A stretch of 64,000 bases of DNA from Eledone cirrhosa (Eukaryota). Numbering within the stretch: the first letter of the stretch is position 1; every line of letters begins with the position of its first letter. The position numbers were made by a program, and so were the translations under genes. This document shows positions 38,258-51,769 of the stretch, piece after piece. The notes under the pieces are model-generated. The model saw only the letters and a list, made by a program, of their open reading frames with translations, was not told the origin of the DNA and searched no databases. Where the stretch lies: contig OZ024759.1 of NCBI GenBank assembly GCA_964016885.1, positions 27,466,001-27,530,000 on the forward strand. Direction: 5' to 3'.

Positions 38258-40074
38258 CAATATGAAAGTTTACCATATTTCATTATAGTAATGTATGTAT
38301 GTATAGTCCCATAACTCCTGATAGAGTCGTAGGGGCCTTGTATTGACATACGACCATTCTTGGGCATTTTCAGCCTGCTGGAGCCCATCCCTCTCCAGGT
38401 CTGAGTACAGCAGATTTCTCCCAGAGAAAGATAGAAAGTGAGAGAGAGGAAATGAGAAAGAGATATAATGGAAGAATCCAGCCCAGTACTAGACTGGTAC
38501 TTTTTTATCGACCTCGGCGGGATTTGAACTCAGAAAGCAGAGAGCTGGGATGAAAACCATAAAGCATTCTATCTAACGTTCTAACAACTCTGCCAATTCG
38601 CTGCTTATTATAGTAAGAAACTTTAGTTTATTATAAATATCCCTTGCTAGAAGGGAACAAGGACCTTAAAAGAAGATGATGATGATGATGATGATGATGA
38701 TAATTTATAAAGTTTATTTACATTTGACTACATTCTAGCCCCAGCTATATAGCATAGCATCCTGAAAAACGACCCTAAATATGACTAGCTCCAAGTTATA
38801 TAGTATAGCACCCTAAAAACAGACTGACCCCAAGTTGTATAGTATAACAGCCTGAAAGAGACCCTAAAGAAAGACTAGCCCAAAGATATATAGTATGGCA
38901 TCATGGAAGAGATCCTAAAAATAGACAGAATTGTCAGTCACCCCTTAATGTAATTGTTTCTACTATTGGCACACGGCCATCAAATACCCAGTGCATTACT
39001 GGTACTTTATTTTATCGACCCTGTAAGGATGAAAGGCAAAGTTAACCTTGGCGGGATTTGAACTCAGAATGGCAAGGGCCCTTAATGTAATGGTATTCAA
39101 GAGGTACAGAACCGCCCCAGATCACCACTACCACCACCATCAGCATCACTACCACCATTATCATCACCACCACTACCACCACCATCACTACCATCATCAC
39201 CACCACTACCACCACCACCACTACCACTATCACCATTATCATCACCATCACCACAATTTCTACAACCACTACCACCACCACTACCATATCACTACCACCA
39301 TTATCATCACCCTCACTACCATCACCACCACTATCACCAACACCACCACCATTATCATCACCACTACCATCACTACCCTTGGCAGTGTTGTCATCACTAC
39401 CACTACCATCACAGCTACCACCCCTACACTGACATCAACACCACTACTACCTTCACTACCACCTTCACCATCAACACAACTACCACCACCACCATCACTG
39501 TGGTTGTTCTTGTTACTGTAGTCAACTACATCTTTGCCCTTCCCCTTCTTTTACTTAATTTGTTCTCCAGTTCCTCCTCACCACCACCTCCACCACTACA
39601 CCCCCCACCATCACAACCACCACCACCATCACCACCATCATCACAACCACCACCACCACCATCACCACCGCCATCACCACCACACTTACCATTCCACCCC
39701 TCCCACTTCCAAGGCTCATAGCCCTTCAAGCTGTCCCTTCTTCCCTTATCTTTCAGCCTAAGGAGGATCCCTAAATCATCTCAAGGGGCTTCAAGCTTTC
39801 AATCTTCACTTGTCTTTACCTCTGAGGCCCTTAATTAATCTTCATGGTAGTGGTGGCCCCTATTTCTTATAGCATGAGAAGGGGTGGAGAAAATATCACC
39901 AGTATATACATATATATATATAGACACACTATATATATATATATATGTATACATACATACATAGAGACACACCATATATATATATATATCATCATCATCA
40001 TTTTATGTCCATTCTTTCACGCTAGCATGGGTTACATGGGATATTTATATATATTTATATATATATATACACAC

Positions 40075-40105
<31 letters not shown>

Positions 40106-40437
40106 TATATATATATGTAATTATATATATATATATACATATATATATATACACACATATATACATACCTACATACATATACATACACACACACATATAT
40201 ATATATACATACATACTGTTTCACCTAAACCTATCAAAATTCCTCTCAATCCAACCCCTTCTAAAACCACTTTCAATATATATTCATTGCTGCATGTTCT
40301 TTGTGACCCCTAAATTTTGTTGTTTTTTTATTTTATTTTATTTTTTTTCTCTTTTACCACCAGAGGAGGCTGTGAAGGGACAGACAGACAGACAGACCCT
40401 ACCTCTGCTCCCATCATTAAAAAAATCCCCTCCAAAA

Positions 40438-40885
40438 CAGGGCTAGATTTAATGGGAGGGCAAAGGGGGCAAACCCTCCCCTCACACCCTGTGTGGGACT
40501 GCAGTGCCTCCTCCCCCCCACACACCCACCGATGGCCAGTAGCAAGTAGAGATCAAGCAAAGAACAAACACCCAGATGTCCCTCTATTTTATCTTACAGG
40601 TAAGCAGGTCTATTTATACCCAGGGCCCAGATTTAATGGGGGACAATTGTCCCAGACCTCCTGCAATTTATTTGTGACCCCGGCTGGGCTTTTTAGTTTT
40701 TGGATGGTTAGAATTTTTTAATTTAATACCTGTAAGTAATAACTTTTCAATTCCAATTGCTTGCACCAAGCTAACTTTGATATGTAAAATTGGGGGTTTG
40801 CTGTGTATTCTAATTTTTTGTATATGAGCCCCCCTCCCCCACCAAACCTGAAGTGACCTGCCCCCCAAGTTCTAAACCCAGCCCT
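40438..40885. mobile_element. Fragments of a CAGGGC-ended non-autonomous DNA element (related pieces at about 6286-6458 and 10545-10715)
   Basis: Shared blocks CAGGGC(C)AGATTTAATGGG and AACTTTTCAATTCCAATT(G/C)CTTGCACCAA, reverse-complementary to the 6.3 kb and 10.6 kb copies. Confidence 0.55.
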
Positions 40886-41829
40886 GCTCCAAAACTAGTA
40901 AATAGGAGAACTACATTAAAAATATATTTAGTAGGGAACACACACATACACACATACAGGCATTTCTACCTATTACAAACTCTCTCATACACACATTCAT
41001 ACATGCCCACACACATAATTGTTTCTACGTTTGGCACAAGGCCAGCAATTATCCCAGTTCATTACTGGTATTTTATCGACCCCCGTAAGGATGAAAGGCA
41101 AAGTTAACCGCGACAAGATTTGAACTCAGACCGTAAAGGGACGTAACTCTATGCTGGAAAGCATGGCGTCCAACCCTCTACCGATACTGCCAATTCACCG
41201 CCCTTACATATAATCTCCCTGCACATACACATAATCTCACACACATGCATGCTCAAACACACACACATATGCTCACACACACCCACTGCTCACACATACA
41301 CATACTCATATGCTAACACATGCTCTCTCTCTCTCTCTCACACACATACGCTCACACAAATACGCTCACACAAGCATACATATATTTCTAATCTCACACA
41401 CACACACACACATACATACATTCCTACACATATTTTTTTAGTTCACACACACATGCACATTCTCATAAGCTCACACACACACACACACATATGCTCACAC
41501 AGACATACATTACTCATAAGCTCACACACATATATGCTCACACATGCATACATATATTTGTAAGCACACGAACACAAACACACATATATGCTCACACACA
41601 CATGCACATATATGCTCACACATACATACATATATTTATAAGCTCACACAAACACATGCACATATTCTCTCTCTCTCTCTTTCACACACACACACTCAGT
41701 ACCCCACCCTCTCCAATAATTCTGTACTAGAAATACTTGTAATATTAACCAGATAAAATGTCAACCAATTTACTTAACTTACTATAACTTGATAATACTA
41801 AAACTAAAACTATAATGTCAACCAGTATA

Positions 41830-42116
41830 TTTCTTCATCCTCTTCTTCTACTACTTCTTCCACTTATTCCTGAGAGGGTCGTGGGGGCAGCATCCTCAAA
41901 CACGCCTGCCAGTGGGTCCTGTCAAAGGCATCCATCTCCAATTGTTCTGGCTGGATCCACAAGCGAGACTTGCTGAGCTCATGGATGTTATCCGACCATC
42001 TTGCTCGGGATATACGCATGGGTCTCTTGCCAGTTGGTTTTGTCATAAAATCTGTCAAGTGATTCTTTCCTGAGACATTCTAACCACATATCCATAGTAA
42101 TCGGAGTGGTGACATC
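41830..42116 (-). mobile_element. 3' end of a second RTE LINE family (other fragments at about 2990-3455, 10205-10385, 10878-10940 and 26320-26830)
   Basis: KPTGKRPMRISRARWSDNI...DRTHWQACLRMLPPRPSQE* followed by a GAA-rich tail; typical RTE ORF2 terminus. Confidence 0.85.
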
Positions 42117-45100
42117 TCAATTCAGAGAAGTAGTGGCTCTACCTGGAGCGACTCCAGTGATTCTTTCCTGAGACATTCTAACCCCATGTCTGTAATATCT
42201 GAGTTGTGATCTCCCAATTTGGAGAAGTAGCTGCTCTACCTGGAGTGACTCCAGTGATTCTTTCCTGAAACATTCTAACCCCATGTCTGTAATATCTGAG
42301 TTGTGATCTCTCAATTTGGAGAAGTAGCTGCTCTACCTGGAGTGACTCCAGTGATTCTTTCCTGAGACATTCTAACCCCATGTCTGTAATATCTGAGTTG
42401 TGATCTCCCAATTTGGAGAAGTAGCTGCTCTACCTGGAGTGACTCCAGTGATTCTTTCCTGAGACATTCTAACCCCATGTCTGTAATATCTGAGTTGTGA
42501 TCTCCCAATTTGGAGAAGTAGTGGCTCTACCTGGAGTGACTCCAGTGATTCTTTCCTGAGACATTCTAACCCCATGTCTGTAATATCTGAGTTGTGATCT
42601 CCCAATTTGGAGAAGTAGCTGCTCTACCTGGAGTGACTCCAGTGATTCTTTCCTGAGACATTCTAACCCCATGTCTGTAATATCTGAGTTGTGATCTCCC
42701 AATTTGGAGAAGTAGCTGCTCTATCTGGAGTGACTCCAGTGATTCTTTCCTGAGACATTCTAACCCCATGTCTGTAATATCTGAGTTGTGATCTCCCAAT
42801 TTGGAGAAGTAGCTGCTCTACCTGGAGTGACTCCAGTGATTCTTTCCTGAGACATTCTAACCCCATGTCTGTAATATCTGAGTTGTGATCTCCCAATTTG
42901 GAGAAGTAGTGGCTCTACCTGGAGTGACTCCAGTGATTCTTTCCTGAGACATTCTAACCCCATGTCTGTAATATCTGAGTTGTGATCTCCCAATTTGGAG
43001 AAGTAGCTGCTCTACCTGGAGTGACTCCAGTGATTCTTTCCTGAGACATTCTAACCCCATGTCTGTAATATCTGAGTTGTGATCTCCCAATTTGGAGAAG
43101 TAGCTGCTCTACCTGGAGTGACTCCAGTGATTCTTTCCTGAGACATTCTAACCCCATGTCTGTAATATCTGAGTTGTGATCTCCCAATTTGGAGAAGTAG
43201 CTGCTCTACCTGGAGTGACTCCAGTGATTCTTTCCTGAGACATTCTAACCCCATGTCTGTAATATCTGAGTTGTGATCTCCCAATTTGGAGAAGTAGTGG
43301 CTCTACCTGGAGTGACTCCAGTGATTCTTTCCTGAGACATTCTAACCCCATGTCTGTAATATCTGAGTTGTGATCTCCCAATTTGGAGAAGTAGCTGCTC
43401 TACCTGGAGTGACTCCAGTGATTCTTTCCTGAGACATTCTAACCCCATGTCTGTAATATCTGAGTTGTGATCTCCCAATTTGGAGAAGTAGCTGCTCTAC
43501 CTGGAGTGACTCCAGTGATTCTTTCCCGAGACATTCTAACCCCATGTCTGTAATATCTGAGTTGTGATCTCCCAATTTGGAGAAGTAGCTGCTCTACCTG
43601 GAGTGACTCCAGTGATTCTTTCCTGAAACATTCTAACCCCATGTCTGTAATATCTGAGTTGTGATCTCCCAATTTGGAGAAGTAGCTGCTCTACCTGGAG
43701 TGACTCCAGTGATTCTTTCCTGAGACATTCTAACCCCATGTCTATAATATCTGAGTTGTGATCTCCCAATCTGGAGAAGTAGCTGCTCTACCTGGAGTGA
43801 CTCCAGTGATTCTTTCCTGAGACATTCTAACCCCATGTCTGTAATATCTGAGTTGTGATCTCCCAATTTGGAGAAGTAGTGGCTCTACCTGGAGTGACTC
43901 CAGTGATTCTTTCCTGAGACATTCTAACCCCATGTCTGTAATATCTGAGTTGTGATCTCCCAATTTGGAGAAGTAGCTGCTCTACCTGGAGTGACTCCAG
44001 TGATTCTTTCCTGAGACATTCTAACCCCATGTCTGTAATATCTGAGTTGTGATCTCCCAATTTGGAGAAGTAGCTGCTCTACCTGGAGTGACTCCAGTGA
44101 TTCTTTCCTGAGACATTCTAACCCCATGTCTGTAATATCTGAGTTGTGATCTCCCAATTTGGAGAAGTAGCTGCTCTACCTGGAGTGACTCCAGTGATTC
44201 TTTCCTGAGACATTCTAACCCCATGTCTGTAATATCTGAGTTGTGATCTCCCAATTTGGAGAAGTAGCTGCTCTACCTGGAGTGACTCCAGTGATTCTTT
44301 CCTGAGACATTCTAACCCCATGTCTGTAATATCTGAGTTGTGATCTCCCAATTTGGAGAAGTAGCTGCTCTACCTGGAGTGACTCCAGTGATTCTTTCCT
44401 GAGACATTCTAACCCCATGTCTGTAATATCTGAGTTGTGATCTCCCAATTTGGAGAAGTAGCTGCTCTACCTGGAGTGACTCCAGTGATTCTTTCCTGAG
44501 ACATTCTAACCCCATGTCTGTAATATCTGAGTTGTGATCTCCCAATTTGGAGAAGTAGCTGCTCTACCTGGAGTGACTCCAGTGATTCTTTCCTGAGACA
44601 TTCTAACCCCATGTCTGTAATATCTGAGTTGTGATCTCCCAATTTGGAGAAGTAGCTGCTCTACCTGGAGTGACTCCAGTGATTCTTTCCTGAGACATTC
44701 TAACCCCATGTCTGTAATATCTGAGTTGTGATCTCCCAATTTGGAGAAGTAGCTGCTCTACCTGGAGTGGCTCCAGTGATTCTTTCCTGAGACATTCTAA
44801 CCCCATGTCTGTAATATCTGAGTTGTGATCTCCCAATTTGGAGAAGTAGCTGCTCTACCTGGAGTGACTCCAGTGATTCTTTCCTGAGACATTCTAACCC
44901 CATGTCTGTAATATCTGAGTTGTGATCTCCCAATTTGGAGAAGTAGTGGCTCTACCTGGAGTGACTCCAGTGATTCTTTCCTGAGACATTCTAACCCCAT
45001 GTCTGTAATATCTGAGTTGTGATCTCCCAATTTGGAGAAGTAGCTGCTCTACCTGGAGTGACTCCAGTGATTCTTTCCTGAGACATTCTAACCCCATGTC

Positions 45101-45875
45101 TGTAATATCTGAGTTGTGATCTCCCAATTTGGAGAAGTAGCTGCTCTACCTGGAGTGACTCCAGTGATTCTTTCCTGAGACATTCTAACCCCATGTCTGT
45201 AATATCTGAGTTGTGATCTCCCAATTTGGAGAAGTAGCTGCTCTACCTGGAGTGACTCCAGTGATTCTTTCCCGAGACATTCTAACCCCATGTCTGTAAT
45301 ATCTGAGTTGTGATCTCCCAATTTGGAGAAGTAGCTGCTCTACCTGGAGTGACTCCAGTGATTCTTTCCTGAAACATTCTAACCCCATGTCTGTAATATC
45401 TGAGTTGTGATCTCCCAATTTGGAGAAGTAGCTGCTCTACCTGGAGTGACTCCAGTGATTCTTTCCTGAAACATTCTAACCCCATGTCTGTAATATCTGA
45501 GTTGTGATCTCCCAATTTGGAGAAGTAGTGGCTCTACCTGGAGTGACTCCTGTGATTCTTTCCTGAAACATTCTAACCCCATGTCTGTAATATCTAAGCT
45601 GTGATCTCTCAATTTGGAGAAGTAGCTGCTCTACCTGGAGTGACGCTCCAGTGATTCTTTCCTGAGACATTCTAACCCCATGTCTGTAATATCTGAGTTG
45701 TGATCTCCCAATTTGGAGAAGTAGCTGCTCTACCTGGAGCGACTCCAGTGATTCTTTCCTGAGACATTCTAACCATATGTCCGTATTATCAGAACTGTTA
45801 TCTCTCAATTCAGAGAAGTAATAGCTCTGATTGGAGTGACTCTTGCAATTCTTTCCTGAGACATTCTAACCCTAT
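42060..45875. repeat. 97-bp tandem satellite, about 39 highly similar units, derived from RTE ORF2
   Basis: Unit GTGATTCTTTCCTGAGACATTCTAACCCCATGTCTGTAATATCTGAGTTGTGATCTCCCAATTTGGAGAAGTAGCTGCTCTACCTGGAGTGACTCCA. ORF-track entries recur every 97 bp. Confidence 0.97.
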
Positions 45876-46923
45876 GCCCATGCAAGGAGACCAAGGACAC
45901 TTAAGGTCTCAACTGTACAGTTTATTTTTACTACTGGATATTTTCTATTGCAAAACAGAATAAGTAAAATTAAACCATATTAGGAGAGGTTGGCCATAGT
46001 AAAGTATTTTAGTAATACTGGTTTTAGATTGAGGCACAAGGCCAGCAAGTTTGGGGAGAAGAAAGTTGATTAAACCAACCCCAGTGCATTACTGGTGCTT
46101 TATTTTATCAACCCCGTAAAAATGAAAGGCAAAGCTAACCTTGGCAGGATTTGAACTCAGAACAAAAAGGGCTGTAACTCTATGCTGCAAAGCAAGGTGT
46201 CCGGCGCTCTACCAATTCTGCCAATCCACCACCCTGTGTTTTAGCAATACAAACTAATTTTTTTAACCATGATTGTCTACACCCTCCATTCGGCCTCCCA
46301 TTGGTAACATGGGTGTATTGGAAACAGGGAAGAATTTTTTTTTGGGGGGGGGGGGGGGGGGGATAAAATTGCAAATATGGTTTATCAAAACATGAAGTAT
46401 TATGTTTAATAAATAGTGATTTTATAATTAGATCAAAAAATAAAAAATGAGCACAAATTATTTATTACATGAGAGGGAGATGATTATATATTTAAATGTG
46501 TCATGGGAAATACGGATTAAATAATTTAGTCCTATCTTAAAGATATACACTTCCTGTAAAAACAATAGGAAAGAAAAAAAATAAGGTTGATGTTGAGCTG
46601 GTTAAAATACACCTTGATCATATATATATATACAAGGTAAAAAGCAAGTAAGCTATATATATATATATATGTGTCAATGACACAACAGACCACACTGTAA
46701 GGTGGCCGTGTATGAGACACGGTGAAAAGGCTCCCAGTCCACACTGTAAATGTGGTTGGTGTTAGGAAGGGCATCCAGCTGTAAAAAAACTGGCAAGAGA
46801 CGCTTCCGTGCGAGCGAGACATGGTCTCTCGACCATTCCTGTATCAAATGGAACAAAACTGTCTAACCCATGCTAGCATGGAAGATGGACGTTAAACGAC
46901 AATGATGATGATATATATATATC

Positions 46924-46956
<33 letters not shown>

Positions 46957-47226
46957 ATCAAGCATTCCTATATTCCCTATCAGAATTGTTTAAAACTAAA
47001 AGAACATATTACAAGATTAAAAATATTTCATGGACATGATTATTATTATGAATGAAAGCTAATACTACATTAGTGTTTATTGAGCAAATATAGTTTGTTT
47101 TAAACCAACAGAGGCAGTAATGCCCTCTTCATATATGAATCATCTCTAATAAAAACATAACCCCACACCCACAGTCATTCATCAGTCGCTATTTAAAATA
47201 TGAAAAAAAATTAATCCTGCAGAAAG

Positions 47227-47839
<613 letters not shown>

Positions 47840-47840
<1 letters not shown>

Positions 47841-48187
47841 TCATCATCATCATCATCATTTCATTTTACGTCCGCTTTTTCCCTGCTTGCAAGGGTGGGA
47901 CGGGAACTGATTTTGGCTTGATTTCTACAGCTGGATGCCCTTCCTAACACCAACCTCATTTACAGTGAGTGCTGGGTGCTTTTTTGCCGTGGCACCTCCA
48001 CGACCACTTTACAGTGGAATGATAGGGACCCCATTCCCTATCATCTCATTTCTACAGCTGAGTAAACTGGAGCAATGTGAAATAAAGTGTCTTGCTCAAG
48101 GAAACAACACATCACCCGGTCTGAGAATTGAACTCACAACCTTTCGATTGCAAGGCCAATGCTCTAACCACTAAGCCATGTGCCTCC
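47840..48187 (-). mobile_element. tRNA-derived SINE (family 2) with an RTE-type 3' tail; sister copy at 23183-23527
   Basis: Head TGGCTTAGTGGTTAGAGC...GAGTTCAATTC, CORE-like CCTTGAGCAAGACACTT, AGGAAGGGCATCCAGCTGTAGAAA. Tail near-identical to the RTE at 48490. Confidence 0.88.
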
Positions 48188-48281
48188 ATATATGTATATA
48201 TATATGTATATTTATATATATGTATATATATATGTATATTTATATATATGTATATATATATATATGTATATATATATATAC

Positions 48282-48332
<51 letters not shown>

Positions 48333-48378
48333 CATATATATATATACATATATGTCTATGCATATATATATATAGATA

Positions 48379-48421
<43 letters not shown>

Positions 48422-48489
48422 AAATATGGAGAAAAATACTGCAGGTAGCGCATGGATAACATGTAATATATATATATATATATTCATCA

Positions 48490-49145
48490 TCATCATTATC
48501 ATCATCATCATCATTTTACGTCCGCTTTTCCCTGCTTGCAAGGGTGGGATGGGTCTTATTCAGCACAGCATCTCTCCACTCGTCACGGTCCCTCGTCATC
48601 TCCACCGTGAGCTTCAATGATCTGAGGCCAGTTCTCACCACCTCCTCCCATGTTTTTCATGGTCTACCTCTACCACGTCTTCCTTCAACTGACATTTCCT
48701 GGCACTTCTTCACCCATCGGTCATCCTCCATGCGCATCACATGTCCATACCACCTCAGTCTCCTCTCCCATACACTACATTCTATCCCTCTCAGACACAG
48801 TTTCTCTCTCAACACATTTATGCTGGGTCGTTCACGCACATTTACACTGCACATCCAACGGAGCATGCTTGCCTCATTTCTCTCCAGCCGTCGCATATCC
48901 TCTGCAGTTGCTGCCCATGTCTCACTACCATGCAGCATCGCGCTCCTCATACAGGCATCATACAACCAGCCTTTCGTACGCAGGGAGAAACCCTTCTTCG
49001 TCAACAGAGGAAGCAGCTCGCTAAACTTCTTCCAACCCGTCCTTATTCTAGATACTATGGCCTCGGAACACCCTCCTCCCATGCTAATCTGATCTCCTAG
49101 GTACCGGAAGCTATCCACCACTTCTATAGCGCCCTCCTGCATTTG
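48490..49145 (-). mobile_element. 5'-truncated RTE-clade LINE (RT C-terminus, 3' UTR, (GAT)n tail)
   Basis: [14 protein letters not shown]...[16 protein letters not shown]...MLHGSETWA...[15 protein letters not shown]...GRRGRGRP. Ends CTTGCAAGCAGGGAAAAGCGGACGTAAAAT(GAT)n. Confidence 0.93.
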
Positions 49146-49553
49146 AAAAATGTGTCTATCTGTATATACATATATATATATATATACATATATACATATA
49201 TATGTATATACATATATACATATATGTATATACATATATGTATATACATATATACATATATGTATATACATATATACATATATGTATATACATATATACA
49301 TATATGTATATACATATATATACATATATATAAACATATACATATATAATATATATATACATACATATACATATATAAACATACATATACATATACATAT
49401 ATATATATATATATACATATATATCTATATCTATCTATATATATATATATATTCATTTATGTTTTATGGTCATTCCTTTTAGTTAACCATTGTGTAATTG
49501 TAGAAATGCACTCAATGTTACACCACTCAACCCTCATTGATGTTGAATCCTGT

Positions 49554-49583
49554 GGGTTAGGGTTAGGGTTAGGGTTAGGGTTA
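49554..49583 (+). repeat. Short interstitial telomere-like repeat (GGGTTA)5
   Basis: GGGTTAGGGTTAGGGTTAGGGTTAGGGTTA. Confidence 0.85.
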
Positions 49584-49722
49584 AATATTAATTTGATTAA
49601 AACAACTGGAGGTTTGACTAGAGGTATCCTATATAGAAAAAGTACTCTTCCATATGGAACTCATCCATTTTGGCCACTTGTTGCTTTAATAAAATTATAT
49701 ATATATATATATATATAATATA

Positions 49723-49781
49723 GAAGAGCTTCTACAGGACTAGAACTGTTTCATTCATGAGAAATCATCAGGAAGCTCTTC
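49723..49781 (-). ncRNA. Type I hammerhead ribozyme motif (second copy on the plus strand at 49778-49824)
   Basis: GAAGAGCUUC-CUGAUGA-UUUC(UCAU)GAAU-GAA-ACAG(UUCUAGUC)CUGU-A/GAAGCUCUUC: full core, 10-bp stem I, 4-bp stem III, GUA site. Stem II is weak and closed by U.U. Confidence 0.7.
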
Positions 49782-49907
49782 CTGATGATTTCTCACTAAT
49801 GAAACAGTTCTAGTCCTGTAGAAGCTCTTCTATACTAAAACTTTTTTACTCTGCTATGTATTGAGTACCTTACTTACTGTGGTTACCTCCGATTCAACCC
49901 AGAATAA

Positions 49908-49964
<57 letters not shown>

Positions 49965-50261
49965 CATCATCATAATCATCATCATTTAACGTCCATCTTC
50001 CATGCTTGCATGTGTTTGGACGGGAATTTTCCCACTTGAGGCAAGATTTGTTGTCCTGCTCGTATAGGACTGTTTGGCGGGTTTTCTACGGCTGGATGCT
50101 TTTCCTAACACCAACCACGTTTACAGTGTGGACTGGGAGGTTTTTACCTTGTTACCTACACGGCCACATTACAGCGTGGACTGTGTGTTTTTTTGTCGTG
50201 ACACCTACACGACCTTATTTGTTTCGGCCTGGATGTTGTGGTACTGATGTGTATATATAAG

Positions 50262-50520
50262 AAAACAGCACAGTTCCCATGACTTTCGGAAACATTTTTT
50301 CACGCTCAGAGTTGCTGAAGCATGGAACAAACTACCTGCATCAGTTGTTAGCTGTCGAGACACTGCATCCTTTAAGGCCTCTATGCTTCCCGAGATCTGC
50401 CAACACTACAGCTAACACATACACACATGTACTTCCCTGACATTTGTGTATTATTCTATGTACTTTCTTGACGAGTTGTAGTGCACCTGAGCACTTTACA
50501 CAATAATTTCATTATTATTT
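50262..50520 (+). mobile_element. CR1-type LINE 3' end (other pieces at 17910-18180, 52467-52710 minus, 55795-55862)
   Basis: RKHFFTLRVAEAWNKLPASVV, plus NTRGHAYKV at 55.8 kb, are CR1 ORF2 terminal motifs; (ATT)n tail. Confidence 0.8.
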
Positions 50521-50823
50521 TATATATATACACATCAGTACACAACGGATACAGTATATTGAAGGAATATATTAGGTTAATGCTTGAAATAGCAGGAAGA
50601 GGGTCTTAATGTTTCAGACACTCACTAGTTTCATGAAAAGAAAATCTTTTCCGGGGAAATTATTGGATTTTTCTAAATTTAAAAGTTTCTTAGGAACTTT
50701 CAATGTTTATTTTAGCTTTAGCTGTCTGAAGAGTTCAGGCTATCTTAACTGATAGTCCTCAGTGAAATATGTTTAACAGAGTTTTAAATAAACCCGAATC
50801 AACTGAATATGGCCTCTGATCTG

Positions 50824-50866
<43 letters not shown>

Positions 50867-51236
50867 CTGTTATATATATATATATATATATATATAGTAA
50901 TAATAATAAATTTGAAGACTAAAATCCAAAGAGGGCTCGTATTATCTTCGTTTTTTCCGTTCATTGCCAGAGAACGTCTCTATGAACCACCTAAGAGAAC
51001 ATTAGTCTACGACTTCTTTTATACCATAAACGTGGTTCTGTCTTTGCGCGTAATTGTTTTTCACTGCTCCTATTAATGACGTATTATATTTGTTTTTCCC
51101 CGTTTTTTTCCGGTTGCAACGTTTTTTTGAAATATCCACTTCTGCGTTTACAGATTGACTTTGTTAGTTTCAGAAGATCCCGTTAAGGGTGAAAGCAGTG
51201 ATTCTTTACTTAAACTTTAATCTGTTATTTTAATAA

Positions 51237-51273
<37 letters not shown>

Positions 51274-51769
51274 AACGGAAAAAACGAAACAAAATTTCAT
51301 TTCTCACTCTTATTTATATATATATATATACTGGTAGACATTAATATTATAAGGGGAATCTCAAAGAAAGTCAACACTAAACATAATAAGGCTTAAAAGC
51401 TGCTTTGCTTATGGAATGTGTCTGTGAGTGGGTGGGGAGGGATATATCTACAAAGAAACCCCCCCCCCCCCTCTCCCATCATCGCAACATTTTTGGACAT
51501 TACTGAAAGAGACAGCAGCAGAACTTGTTGCCTGTGGGGCTAGAGAAGAGGGGCTGCTTGCTTGTTAGTGGGGGCAAGCTTGGAATCTTTTAGAAAGATT
51601 CCATTCTCCAGTGCACTCAGCCTCGCTTCTTCTCCCCACCCCCTGGCTCTGTCAGCCTTCCCATGGGAACAGCTGAAGCAGGAGCAGCGCGGGGATAGTG
51701 GTGGTGGTGGTAGCTAGCTATCCTAGGAATTGGTTAGATGAAAAAGAAGACAAGCCGATGAATAGGACA

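Noticed and set aside
39042-39761. His-, Thr- or Pro-rich proteins (also 2.7, 4.4, 18.7 and 27.2 kb)
   Set aside because: (CAC)n/(CAT)n trinucleotide low-complexity DNA; no splice or domain support.
42117-45808. Tandem family of about 38 genes of 77 aa
   Set aside because: The ORFs are overlapping frames produced by a 97-bp (non-triplet) satellite derived from LINE ORF2.
51170-51205. Hammerhead-like CAGAAGA-TCCC(GTTA)AGGGT-GAAAG
   Set aside because: The invariant U of CUGA is missing and stems I and III cannot be formed.
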